Shown here piece by piece: positions 27,901 through 46,812 of a stretch of 64,000 nucleotides of DNA (position 1 is its first letter; each line of letters opens with the position of its first letter). The notes beneath the pieces were generated by a model, which was given only the letters and a program-made list of their open reading frames with translations, was not told where the DNA came from and made no database searches. The position numbers were made by a program, and so were the translations under genes. The DNA is from the human T2T-CHM13v2.0 reference genome, Homo sapiens: assembly GCA_009914755.4 (NCBI GenBank), contig CP086569.2, forward strand, positions 4,096,001 to 4,160,000, in the 5' to 3' direction.

Positions 27901-30900
27901 ACCACTCTTGACGCACATGTGTAAATATTTTATTGCCGTACTAATCACCACTGCTTTTTGCTAATTTTCCCAAGATTGACAATTTAAGAAGAGGACCTGT
28001 TTGCACATGAGTGCATGTGTTTGTGGTGGGAAGAAGTGACAGTGTAAAAATCAATTGCTTTGAATCTGTCTAGTAGGAATATCTGCTTGGCAAGGCTTAG
28101 TAGAAACTGGAGGTAGAGCTTTGGGAGTATTTGAAACGTTAAAAGGAGATGACTTCACAGAAATTCCATGCCCAATGGGTTATGGTTTTATGTAATTCCA
28201 ATGTATCACTATATGTATATGATTTAATATGAGGATATATTTCTTAATGGAGACGAGATTGTTAAATTATTTTATCAATTTGGCTTTACCTGAAAACAGA
28301 ACTTGAGACAACGGTTTGAGGCAGATGGTTTTGGGGAAAGGTAGTTCCAGGAAGCCAAAGTGAGAAGGCAGGAGGGTGAGAAAGAAAAAAAGTGAAAGCT
28401 GATATATAGCAGCATGTTAAGAGTTGCTTACCACTGTGGAAAAGCGGAACATAATCCTGTTGGAAACCCAGTGAGGAATAAAGGAAAATGCAACTCATAA
28501 TTGTCCCCCCATACTCTCTTCTTCAATTGGTTTGAGGGTTTACTCTCTAAAATGTTAATACCCTCCCCTCCACCTCATCCCACAAGCACACACTTCTGGC
28601 CTATATTTGCTGGCACATTGAGTGAGATTTCTGCCCTTAGGAAAAGTCTGGAGACAGAAATTCAGAAAGAATGGATTAGAGGTAAACTTTGGAAATGTGT
28701 CTGCTGTAGTTTTTATTCAATTTCTTTACTGTATTTTCTCACTAAGAGGAAAAAGACGACCTCATAAGTCTTGTTCTCTAATAATAACCTTCATTTGCAA
28801 AATTTGAGGTTACTCAGTAAAAATTTTCTAAATTCTATTATGCTCTGAGATTTATAGAATGTCCATTCAAGACTATAGAGTGAGTTGAACTGATAATAAT
28901 AAATAACAAACAATGAGACTAATGAAATATTTATCTCATTTTAGGATGTCAAATACCTATGATAATGCATTATCCTTAACTGTTAATCTTCATTAGAGAA
29001 GTTTTTTAAATAGTAGCCACATTAGAGATTATTCAAATAAATTTTGTATAAGTGCTACATCCCTGCCAATTATAAAACATGAGGTAAAACAACAAGGAAA
29101 AGAGAGCTGAAAAGTTTAACAAGTGTATTCAAAATATTAAGGTGCCACTAATGCTGCCTTATGTGTTGCTAATTGTCTATAGCTTGGGGTATGAAGTGGC
29201 AGTGTTATAAAGTGGTTTACTCTTTAGTAAGTATTATTTTACTCCTTGTTGTGGGAAGATATTAATTCAGTAAGTCTCTTGTGAGGTTTAGAAATAGCAT
29301 AAGCTTAACTTGGTTATGTCCATACTTTGTAAATTACTTTTTCCTGCTGCAGAGTTTCCTGAATATATATTTGTCCTCAGTATTTCTGTCTTATGTCATA
29401 TGACTAATACTCTCTACAGAGACTGCTTCTTTTCTGAACAAATGTTTAATTTATAACATATCTCTGAGAAAAGCTACTCATCTTTGTATTTAATTTTCCT
29501 CATATCAGTTAGAATCTGAGGCACATTATGTTATTTCCACAGGCTGTATATGCCAAGCGAGATGAAAAGAAACAGCAAAACATTAAGAGGTCTCATATCT
29601 CCCTTAGAAATTTTTTGTTCCAATACAGTCTATAAAGTGATGGTAGAAGCAGTTGTTACATATTGTTATTATAATTTCAAAAAGTTGAGCAATAATTACA
29701 TCCAAGTCTGAAATTCCACGGTAAGTCTCAAGAACCCTTCTCTTTTTTCTCAAATCACTAACATTTCTCTCTTCTCTCACATAAATAATTTCTGCAACCA
29801 TTTTTCTTTACAAAGTCTCACTAGACAGATATGAGTAAAGAAGAAATTGTTTTCTAAATTCCATACCAAACTCCCTGTAAATAGAAGTTACACTATCCTA
29901 CCTTCTCAATGCACTAGTAAAACATGTATTATATGCAAACAATTACATTATTGATAGCCATTCTGTTTCTACCAAGCTGAACAAATAATTCTTGATTCTA
30001 ACAAATGTAATTTCAAGTATACATATCTCAATCATTTTTAATATTCTAATGGATATTAGAATATTCCATTTTAATATTGAGGATGACAGATCCCAATTCA
30101 TTTCTCAAGTGGATTGATTTGCCATCTTAAGGGTGAAAGTAGTATTTCTTACTTAATATAGAGGGAGAAAAATTTTATCTATTTTCCTAAAAAGTATATT
30201 TCCAAATTGCTTCCTTGGAGCTAGAATCCTCTGTGGTTTCTGGCACCAAAAATTTCTAACAATACTCTAAAAGAAACATAGGAAACAGACGTGGTTATGG
30301 AAAAAATAGCTACTGTAAGGTCAAGAGTCTAACACAGTCCCTATCTCATTTTTTCCAGCTACATAAACTCTTCTTTGCAATAGTTTTACAATTGCACTCA
30401 GAAGCAGTTGGATATTTATTTAACTGCACCACAATGGCAGGTTTCAGGGAGTACTGTGACTAAAACTTTGAATATGTATAAATATATTTTTGCAGTGGAG
30501 AGAATAATTAAGAAAAATTGGGGGTCTGGCCAAGATGGCAGACTAGAAACAGCTGCAATCGGAGGCTCCCACCTAGAACAAAAACAGTGTGCAAATTCTG
30601 AACTGGCAACAGAGGTATCCAGGTTTTCTCATCAAGACTAACTAGGTATTTGACATGACCCACGGAGAACAAGAAAAAGCAGGGTGGTGCAATGGCCCAC
30701 CTGGGAGCCACACAGGGCAAGGTGAGCCCCAAACCTCAGCCAAAGGAGGTGGTGAGTGATTGTGCTATCCAGCCTGGAAAACCATGTTTTTTTCATGAAT
30801 CTGTGCAACCCATGAATCAGGAGATCCCAATCATGAGTCCATGCCACCAAGGCATTGAGTCACAACAGACCTGTGCAGATTCTCAACGGCCACTTGGCTG

Positions 30901-33900
30901 GAGACCGCTTAAGACTACCAAGTTGCTGGGGAGAGGGGTGGCCATTATCACGGCAGCTGACTGCTGCCTAAGACAACTGAGCTCCCCGGGGGAAGGATGG
31001 CCATCCTCAAAGCAGCTGCCTGCTGCCTAAGGTGACTGAGCTCCCCAGGGGAGGGGTGGCAGCCATACTGCATACTGCCTAAGATGACTGAACTCCTGGG
31101 AAGAGGAGTGGTAGCCATCACTGCAGCTCCAGGCTGCCATTTTTTTCCCTGATGGTGCCAAGGAGACTGGACATTTTGGATACAGGATGGATTCCCCATA
31201 GAGCCTGACACTGGCTGTGGCAGGTTGTGGCCAGACTGCCTCTTTAGGACAGACACCAACCTATCCCTCCTCACTGAGTGGGGCCTCCCTGAAGGAACTT
31301 CAACAACTCCAGCCAGGGGTTTAGGGACAGAACTTTGATAACCCTGGGCCTGAGCCCCTAGGGGGAGTCATGGCTATGGTCTCCATGGACAAGCACACTT
31401 AGTCCTCCCCATTGCTGGCTCTGAGGAATCTGGGCATCCCAGACAAGTTGGGTTTCCCCCAGCATGGCACACCCCCTCCACCAAGGGGCAGCCAGTGTGC
31501 TTCATTAAGCAAGTCCTGGATCCTGAGGCCCCTGACTGTGTGAGACACCCCAACAGGCATCACCAGAAACCTTATACAGGAGTGTTCCTTCTGGCATTAG
31601 CTCTGTGCCCCTCAGGGACAGAGGTTCCAGAGGAAGGAGCAAGCACCAACCTTTGCTGCTCTGCAGCCTCCTTGGGTGACATCTCTAGGTGCAGGGGGGA
31701 GCCAGGTGAATAGGGCCTAAAGCGAACCCCCAGAAAACTGCAGCAGCCCAGCAGAAGAGGGGCCTGATTGTTAAAAAACAAACAAACAGCAAGCAACAGC
31801 AACAGCATCAATAATAAAGTCCTCACAATAACCCCATCCAAAGGTCAGTAACATTAAAGAACAAAACTAGACAAACTAATTAAGATGAGAAGAAATCAAT
31901 AAAAAGATGTTGAAACTTCAAAAGGCCAGAGGGCCCCTCCTCCTACAAATGATCACACCTCCTCTCCAGCAAGGGCACAGAACTGGGTGGAGGTTGAGAT
32001 GAATTGACAGAAGTAGGCTTCAGAAGGTGGGTAATAACAAACTTTACTGAGCTAAAGGAGCATATTCAAACCCAATGCAAAGCATCTAAGAGCCTTGATA
32101 AGAGGTACAGGAGCTGCTAACTAGAATAACCAGTTTAGAGAGAAACATAAATGACCTGATGGAGCTGAAAAACACAGCATGGGAACTTTGTGATGCACAC
32201 ACACAAATATCAATAGCCAAATTAATCAAGTGGAAGAAAGAATATCAGAACTTGAAGACAATCTTGCTGAAATAAAGCAGGCAGACAAGATTAGAGAAAA
32301 AAGAAAAAAAAAAGTATTGAATTAAACCTCCAAGTACTATGGAACTATGTTAAAAGACCAAATCTACAACTGATTGGAGTACCTGAAAGAGATGGAGAGA
32401 ATGGAACCATGTTGGAAAACACACTTCAGGATATCATCCAGGAGAACTTCCACAACCTAGCATAACAGGCCAACATTTAAATTCAGGAAATCCAGAGAAC
32501 TCCAATAAGATACTCTTTGAGAAGGTCACCACAAGACACATAATCATCAGGTTCTCAAGGTTGAAATGAAGAAAAAAAATGTGAGGGACAGCCAGAGAGA
32601 AAGTCCAGGTCACCTAAAAGGAAAGCCCATCAGACAAACAGCAGACCTCTCAGCAGAAACCCTACAAGCCAGAAAAGCGTGGGGGCCAATATTCAACATT
32701 CTTAAACAAAAGAATTTCCAACTTAGAATTTCATGTCTGACCAAACTAAGCTTCATAACTGAAGGAAAATAAAATTCTCTTAAGACAATCAAATGCTGAG
32801 GGAATTCACCACCATGAGGCCAGCCTTGCAAGAGCTTATGAAGGAAGCACTAAATAAGAAAAGACGAACTGGTAGCAGCCACTGCAGAAACACACTGAAG
32901 TACAAAGACCAAAGACACTATGAAGAAACTGCATCAACTAGTCTGCAAAATGACCTGGTAGCATCATGATGATGGGATCAAATTCACACATAACAATATT
33001 AACATCAAATGTATATGGGCTAAATGCTCCAATTTAAAGACACAGAATGGCAAACTGTAAAAGAGTCAAGACCCATTGGTGTGCTGTATTCAAGAGACTC
33101 ATCTCATGTTGAAAGACACACGTATGCTCAACATAAAGGGATGGAGAAAATTTACCAAGCAAATAGTAGAAAAAAATCAGGGGTTGCAATCCTAGTTGCT
33201 GACAAAATAGACCTTAAACCAACAAAGATCAAAAAAGACAAAGAAGGGCAAGACATAATAGTAAAGGAATTAATTCAACTAGAAGAACTAACAATACTAA
33301 ATATATATGCACCCAATACAGGAGCACCCAGATGTGTAAAACAAGTTTTTAGAGACATAAAAAAGACAGACTCCTTCACAATAACAGTGGGAGACTTTAA
33401 CACTCCACTGTCAATATTAGACATATCATCAAGACAAGAAACTAACCAGGATATTTGGGACTTGAACTCAGCTCTGGATCACCTAAACCTGATAGATATC
33501 TAAAGAACTCTCCACCCCAAAGCAGCAGAATATACATTCTTCTCAGTGCCACATGGCACTTACTCTAAAATTGATCACGTAGTTGGAAGTAAAACATTCC
33601 TCAGCAAATACAGAAGTACTTAAATAATAGCAAGCAGTATCTCAAACCACAGTTCAACCAAATTAGAACTTAATTCACTCAAAAGCACATAAATTCACTC
33701 AAAAGCACACAACAATATGGCAATTGAACAACTGATCTTGAAAGACCCCTAGGTAAATAATGAAATTAAGACAAAAATAAAGAAGTTCTTTGAAACCAAT
33801 GAGAACAAAGAGACAATGTACCAGAATCTCTGGGATGCAGCTAAAGCAATATTAAGAGAGAAATTAATAGCACTGAATGCCCCCATCAGAATGCTAGAAA

Positions 33901-34451
33901 TATCTCAAATTGACACCCTAATATTATACCTGAAAGAACTAGCAAACCAAGAGCAAACAAACCAAGAGCTAGCAGGAGACAAGAAATAACTAAGATTAGG
34001 GCATAACAGAAGGAGATAGAGACTAGAAAATCCCTTTATAAAATAAATGAATCCAGGAGTTATTTTTTTAAAATTAATAAAATAGACTGCTAGCTAGACT
34101 CATAAAGAAGAAAAGAGAGAATAATGAAATAGACACAATAAAAATGAAAAAGAGAATATCAACACTGACCCCATAGACATACAAACAACCATCAGAGAAT
34201 ACTATAAACACCTCTAAACAAATAAACTAGAAAATCTACCAAAAAATGGATAAATTTCTGGACACATACACCCTCCCAAGACTAAACCAGGAAGAAATCA
34301 AATCCCTGAATAGATTAATAACATTTTCTGAAATCAAGGCAGTGATAAATAGACTACCACCAGAAAAAGCCCAGGACCAGGTGGATTTACAACCAAAATG
34401 TACCAGAGGTACAAAGAGGATCTGGTACTGTTATAGGAAATATAAAGAAAT

Positions 34452-35165
34452 TATTTAGGTATACCGTTAGATTAAAGAGAGTCCCCAGGAGAAAATTTTC
34501 CTTCTAACAAAAAGCAGATCAGAAATTGATCCCTTTCTAACCACACACAGTTCAAAGACTAACAAAGAGCATTCTGGAAGATCAAGCTGTAAAACAAAGA
34601 TAAGCAACTCAGGCACACAGGAGGAGCTGCCTAGGTAATTACCAAAGTTCACATACATATGATGGGCTCCAGTAAAAACAGTGGGCCTTAACAAGCACAT
34701 TCCTTTCCCTTTCTTTAGGCACACTAAGATAGAGAAGCTGGAAGGTTACAAGGTGGGGGAAGTAGTGGGGGATGCCTGCAGCTGCAAGAAGTTTCCTGGA
34801 AACAGGCACAGAAACTGCCCCCTTTCCTTTCAGCACATGCAGATAAGCAGCTCAAACTAAGGACCTGCCTGCATGATCAAAGAATAGGGTGGGGGCTGCT
34901 AGAAACACTGCTCTATGCAGATGGCCCACCTGGTCCTAATGGGTTCTTCAGTCCCTATAAAGATAAGATGCCCCTACCTCACTATTTATTTATACAAATC
35001 CTGATATTTTTACTACAACCTGCAAACTTGTCCAGGACCCCTGTCTGTGACAGAGTTGTTCTTTCTTTTTGCCCATTAAACTCCTGCTCCACTCTCACTC
35101 TGTGTGCTGCATCCATGTCCATGATTTCCTCAGCTGTGAGAGCAAGAACCTTGGTACTTACCCAA
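34452..35165 (+). mobile_element. Probable ERV (class I-like) solo LTR inserted in L1 ORF2, possibly with a 4-bp TSD GTAC. Family unassigned.
   Basis: The L1 ORF2 sequence ..ccagaggtacaaagaggatctggtac is interrupted and resumes at cattccttctgaaactattc. The insert begins tgttataggaaat and contains ccctataaagataagatgcc (TATA-like) and cccattaaactcctgctccactc (poly(A)-signal-like). gtac flanks both ends. Confidence 0.45.
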
Positions 35166-35237
35166 AACAACAAGGCTGTTTTAGTACCATTCCTTCTGAA
35201 ACTATTCTAAACAATTGAAAAGAATGGACTTCTCTGA

Positions 35238-35333
<96 letters not shown>

Positions 35334-37607
35334 TGACATGGTTTGGCTGTGTCCCCACCCAAATCTCATCTTGAATTTTCATGTGTTGTGGTAGGGACCC
35401 AGTGGGGGGTAATTGAATCATGGGGGTAGGTCTTTCCTGTGTAGTTCTTGTGATAATGAATAAGTCACAAGGGATCTGATGGTTTTATAAAAGGGGGTTT
35501 CCTTGCACAAGCTTTCTCTCTTTGCCTGCTGCCATCCATGTAAGACATGACTTGCTCCTCCTTGCCTTCTGCCATAATTTTGAGGCCTCCCTGGCCACGT
35601 GGAACTCTAAGTCCATTAAACCTCTTTCTTTTGTAAATTGCCCAGTCTCAAGTATGTCCTTAACAACAGTGTGAAAATGAACTAATACAGTGAATTGGTA
35701 CCAGTAGTGTGGGGCACTACTGTAAAGATACCCAAAAATGTGGAAGCAACTTTGAAACTGGGTAACAGGCAGAGGCTGAAATAGTTTGGAGAGCTCATAA
35801 GAAGACAGGAAAATGTGAAAAAGTTTGAAACTTCCTAGAGACTTGTTGAATGGCTTTGATCACAATGTTGATAATGATATGGACAATGAAATCCAGGCTG
35901 AGGTGGTCTCAGATGAAGATGAGAAACTTGTTGGGAACTGGAGTAAATGTGACCCTTGCTGTTTTAGCAAAGAGACTGGGAGTATTTTGTCCCTGCCCCA
36001 GAAATTTGTGCAACTTTGAACTTGAGGGAGATGATTTTGGGTATCTGGCAGAAAAACAAAGTATTCAAGAGGTGACTTGGGTGCTGGTAAAGACATTCAG
36101 TTTTAAAAGGAAGACAGAGCATAAAAGTTCAAAAAATTTGCAACCTGATGATGTGATGGAAAAGAAAAACCCATTTTATGGGGAGAAATTCAAGCCGGCT
36201 ACAGAAACTTCCATAAGTAAGGAGAAGCCAAATGTTAATTTCCATGACAATGGGGAAAATGTCTCCAGGGCATGTCAGAGACCTTCACAGCAGCCCCTCC
36301 CATCATGGGTCCAGAAGCCTAGGATGAAAAAATGGTTTCATGGGATGGAGACAGGACCCCCCTGCTGTGCAGCCTGGGGACTTGGTGCCCTGCATTCCAG
36401 ACCCTCTGTGCAGCCTAGGAACTTGGTGCCCTGCATCCCAGCCACTCTAGCCATGGAGAAAAGGGTACAAGCTCCAAGCCTTTGCAGCTTCCATGTGGTG
36501 TTGATCCTGAGGGTGCACAGAAGTCAAGATTGAGGTTTTGGAACCTCCACCTGGATTTCAGAGGATGTATGGAAATGCCTGGATGTCCAGGCAGAAGTTT
36601 GCTGCAGGGGTGAGGCCCTCACAGAGAACCTCTGTGGAAGGGAAATGTGGGGTTGAAGCCCCCACACAGTGTTACCACTGGTTGCCTGACTAGTGGAGCT
36701 GTGAGAAGAGGGCCACCATTCTCCAGACCCCAGAATGGTAAATCCCCTGACAGCTTGCACTGTGTGCCTGGAAAAGCCATAGACACTCAACACCAGCCCA
36801 TGAAAGCAGTCATGAGAGGAGTTGTACCCTGCAAAGCCACAGGGTGATGCTGCCCAAGACCATGGAAACCCACCTCTTGCATCAGTGTGACCTGGACGTG
36901 AGGCTTGGAGTCAAAGGAGATCATTTTTGAGCTTTGAAGTTTGACTGCCTTGCTGGATTTTTGGACACTCTAGATCCTTTAGCCCGTTTATTTTGGCCAA
37001 TTTCTCCCATTTGGAATGGCTGTATTTACCCAATACCTATACTCCCATTGTGTCTAGGAAGTAACTAACTTACTTTTCATTTTACAGGCTCATAGGCAGA
37101 AGAGACTTGCCTTGTCTCAGATGAGACTTTGGACGGAGGGCCTTTAAGTTAATGTTGAAATGAGTTAAGACTCTGGGGGACTGTTGGGAAGGCATGATTG
37201 TTTGAAACGAAAGGACATGAGATTTGGGAGGGGCAGGAGTGGAAGGATATGGTTTGGCTGTGTTCCCACCCAAATCTTATCTTGAATTCCCATGTATTGT
37301 GGGAGGGACCCCGTAGGAGGTAATTGAATGAGGAGGGCATGTCTTTCCCATGTTTTTCTCATGATGGTGAATAAGTCCTATGAGATTTGATAGTTTTATA
37401 ATGGGGAGTTTCCCAAAAGGAGCTCTCCCTCTTTGCCTGCTGCCATCCATGTAAACTGTGACTTGCTCCTCCTTGCCTCCTTGCCTTCTGCCATGATTGT
37501 GAGGCCTCGCCAGTCATGTGGAACTGTAAGGCTGTTAAACATTTTTCTTTTGTAAATTTCCCAGTGTCAGGTACATCTTTATCGCAGCAAGAAAATAGAC
37601 TAATACA
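35334..37607 (+). mobile_element. Complete THE1 (ERVL-MaLR) element (5' LTR 35334-35690, internal 35691-37244, 3' LTR 37245-37607) inserted in L1 ORF2 with a 5-bp TSD ACATT
   Basis: The LTRs start tgacatggtttggctgtgtccccacccaaatctcatcttgaatt.. and ggatatggtttggctgtgttcccacccaaatcttatcttgaattcc.., and end ..aactaatacag and ..gactaataca. L1 ORF2 reads ..ccctgatgaacatt | insert | acattgatgtgaaaatcctcaataaaatact.. across the insertion. The direct repeats acatt lie at 35329-35333 and 37608-37612. Confidence 0.8.
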
Positions 37608-40600
37608 ACATTGATGTGAAAATCCTCAATAAAATACTTGCAAACCGAATCCAGCAGCACATCAAAAAGCTTATCCACCATGATCAAGTTAGCTTCATCC
37701 CGGGGATGCAAGGCTACTTCAACATACACAAATCAATAAATGTGATTTATCACATAAACAGAACTAAAGACAAAAACCACATGATTATCTCAATAGATGC
37801 AGAAAAAGCCTTTGATAAAATTCAACATCACCACATGTTAAAAACTCTCAGTAAACTAAGTATTGATGGAACATATTTCAAAATAATAAGAGCCATTTAT
37901 AACAAACCCACAGCCAATATCATGCTGAATAGGCAAAAGCTGGAAGCATTCCCCCTTGAAAACTGGCACAAGACAAGAATGCCCTCTCTCACCACTCCTA
38001 TTCAACATAGTATTTCAAGTTCTGGCCAGGGCAGTCAGGCAAGAGAAAGACATAAAGGATATTCAAATAGGGAGAGAGGAAGTCAAACTGTCTCTGTTTG
38101 CAGATGACATGATCCTATATCTAGACAACCCCATCATCTCAGCTCAAAAGCTCCTTAAGCTGATAAGCAACTTCAGCAAAGTCTCAGGATATAAAATTAA
38201 TGTGCAAAAATCACATGCATTTCTATACATAAACAATAGACAAGCCGAGAGCCAAATCAAAAATGAACTTGCATTTGCAATTGCTACAAAGAGAATAAAG
38301 TACTTAGGAATATTGCTAACAAAGGAAGTGTAAGACCTTTTCAAAGAGGACTACAAACCACTGCTCAAGGAAATAAGAGAGGACACAAACAAATGGAAAA
38401 ACATTCCATGCTCATGGATAGGAAGAATGAATATCATAAAAATGGCCATACTTTCCAAAGTAATTTGTAGATTCAATGCTATTTCCATTAAACTATCATT
38501 GACTTTCTTCACAGAATTAGAAAAACTACTTTAAGTTCATATGGAATCAAAAACAAGCCCATATAGCCAAGACAATCCTAAACAATAACAACAAAGGTGG
38601 AGGCATCATGCTACCTGACTTCAAACTATACTACAAGCCTACAGTAACCAAAACAGCATGGTACTGGGACAAAAACAGACACATAGACCAATGCAACAGA
38701 ATAGAGAACTCATAAATAAGACCACACATCTACAACCATCTGATCTTTGACAAACCTGACAAAAACAGGCAATGGGAAAATGACTCTCTATTTAATAAAT
38801 GATGCTAAGAAAACTGGCTATCCATATGCAGAAAATTGAAACTGGACCCCTTCCTTACATCTTATACAAAAATTAAATCAAGATGGATTAAAGATTTAAA
38901 TGTAAAACCCCAAACGATAAAAACCCTAGAAGAAAATCTAGGCAATACTATTCAGGACATAGGCATGGGCAAATAGTTCATGGAAAAAAAAAATCACATG
39001 CAATTGCAACAAATTCAAAAATTGAGAAATGGGATCTAATTAAACTAAAGATTTTTGGACAGCAAAATAAACTCTCATCACAATGAACACACAACCTATG
39101 GAATGGGAGAAAAATTTGCAATCTATCCATCTGACAAAGGTCTTATATCCAAAATCTACAAGGAAGTTAAACAAATGTACAAGTAAGAATCAAACAACCC
39201 CATTAAAAAGTGGGCAAAGAACATGAACAGACACTTCTCAAAAGAAGACACTTATCTGACCAACAAATATATGAAAAAAAGCTCAACATCACTGATCATT
39301 AGAGAATGCAAATCAAAACAACAATGAGATGCCATCTTATGTCAGTCAGAATGGTGATTATTAAAAAGTCAAGGAACAACATATGCTGGTGAGGCTATGA
39401 AAAAATAGGGATGCTTTTACACCATTGATGGGACTGTAAATTAGTTCAACCATTGTGGAAGACAGTGTGGCAATTCATCACAGCCTAGAACCAGAAATAC
39501 CATTTAACCCAGCAGTCCCATTACTGGATATATTCCTAAAAGAATATAAATTATTCCATTATAAAGATACATGCACACATCTGTTAATTGAAGCACTGTT
39601 CACAATAGCAAAGACATGGAATCAACCCAAATGCACATCAATGATAGACTGGATAAAGAAAACATGGTACATATACATCATGGAATACTATGCAGCCATA
39701 AAAAGAAATGAGATCATGTCCTTTGCAGTAACATGGATGGAGCTGGAAGCCATTAGTCTCAGCAAAATAACATAGAAGGAGAAAACCAAACACCCCATGT
39801 TCTCACTTATTAGTGGGAGCTGAACAATGAGAACACATGGACACAAAGAGTGGAACAATTACACACTGGGTCCTGTCGGGAGGGCTGGGGAAAAGAGAGC
39901 ATCAGAATAAATAGCTAATGCATGCAGGGCTTAATACCTAGGTGATGGGTTGACAGGTACAGCAAACCACCATGGCACAGGTTTACCTATGCAAAAAACC
40001 TGCATGTCTTGCACATGTATCCTGGAACTTAAAATAAAATATAATTTTTTAAAAAAAGGAAAATTCAGAAATTGTTTTGATAGAGACTTTTGTGGCTTAA
40101 CAACAGATGTATGTATTCAGTTGATAGTTTAAAATACTATATCCTGTTTTCCTTGATTTGTGAATTAAACTGTGAAAGTAAATTTTTAATGACAATATAC
40201 ATACTATTTGATTTCTCTTTAAACTTAGTCAAATTGTGGATAATATTAATATCTTAAAGTGATATTGACAGAACAAGCTGACTAACCACATATTATTAAT
40301 ATTATTTTAAAACTAAATTTACATAGCATGTTTTATATCAAGTGATTATTGAATAGATTATTTAAAGTGTTTAGAATTTTTAAATAGCCAGTGAAAATAA
40401 TTTGAAATAATAGATTATAAACACACACAGTGCATTACCTTATGAAAAGCAAGTTACAGACTGAAATAGCTGATTTGGCTTTTTCAGCAGCTTTTTCAAA
40501 TAAAATATAATTATACCATGATTGATATTCATTTATAAAAAGGATGATAATATTATCACACATTTCTACTTTACTGACATACATCTGTTTTATTATAAAT

Positions 40601-40839
40601 GGGTAATGGTTGTTGTTCAATGCTTTTCTGCATGTTTAGAGAAGAATATATGGTATTCCTTTTTTATTATTTAAACATGGTAAATTAAATTGATTGACAT
40701 TTGAATGTTAACCTGGAATTTCTCATATAAACCCCACTTTTTAATGCTGCATTATCACTTTAACTTTGCTTGTTTAAATTTGATAATATTTTGTTAAAAA
40801 TTGCATCAATACTAATGAACAACAGTTGTATACAGTTTT

Positions 40840-41115
40840 TGCTGTTGTTTTTGTTTAGAATATATATGTCTGGTTTTGATATCTGGATAATGCTGGCCTT
40901 ATAAAAATAATTGGAAAATGTTTCCCCCTCTATTTTCCAAAGTAGTTTTCTTAGCATTTATATTATTTTTTTCTTAAATATTTCATAGAATTCAACAGTG
41001 AAATAGGTTGGGCTTCAAGTTTAATTTGTAAGAATGTTTTAAATAATTCATTTTAATAGCTATAAGTCTATTAAGAAATTTGATTACTTCTTCAGTGTAT
41101 TTTGGCATTCTGTGT
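40840..41115 (-). mobile_element. Old L1 (L1M-like) ORF2 fragment, antisense
   Basis: ..ctggataatgctggccttataaaaataattggaaaatgtttccccctctattttccaaagtagttttcttagcatttatatt.. parallels the antisense ORF2 stretch at about 57100-57300 in the other L1 copy. Confidence 0.5.
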
Positions 41116-41295
41116 CTTTCAAAAAATTCTCCATATCATCTGAGTGGTAAAATTTAGTGGTTTAAATTATTTTTATTTGTGTTTTTTTAATGTCTGTAGA
41201 ACCTGTACGTTTATTCTTTCACTTGTGATGTTAATTATGTGTGTTTCTCCCATTTTTCTCTTAATCAGCAAAGGTAGACTGTATCAATTTTTACT

Positions 41296-43300
<2,005 letters not shown>

Positions 43301-43367
43301 TAAGGAACAACACTTGAGGATCTCTACTGAGAGACATCATGTATTCAGAAGGTCTCCCCATGTTGCA

Positions 43368-46812
<3,445 letters not shown>

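Noticed and set aside
29712-29722. A perfect 5' splice-donor-like ccacg|gtaagt motif
   Set aside because: A single GTAAGT occurs by chance several times in 64 kb. There is no upstream ORF in any plus frame, no acceptor or polypyrimidine context, and no exon-like composition.
35850-36533. A 227-aa ORF and the neighbouring ORFs, plus the 179-aa ORF at 23619-24158
   Set aside because: Both lie in the internal regions of the THE1 and MST MaLR proviruses. MaLR internal regions are non-coding remnants. I recognise no domain motifs, and the two long ORFs are not conserved in frame between the two homologous internal regions.
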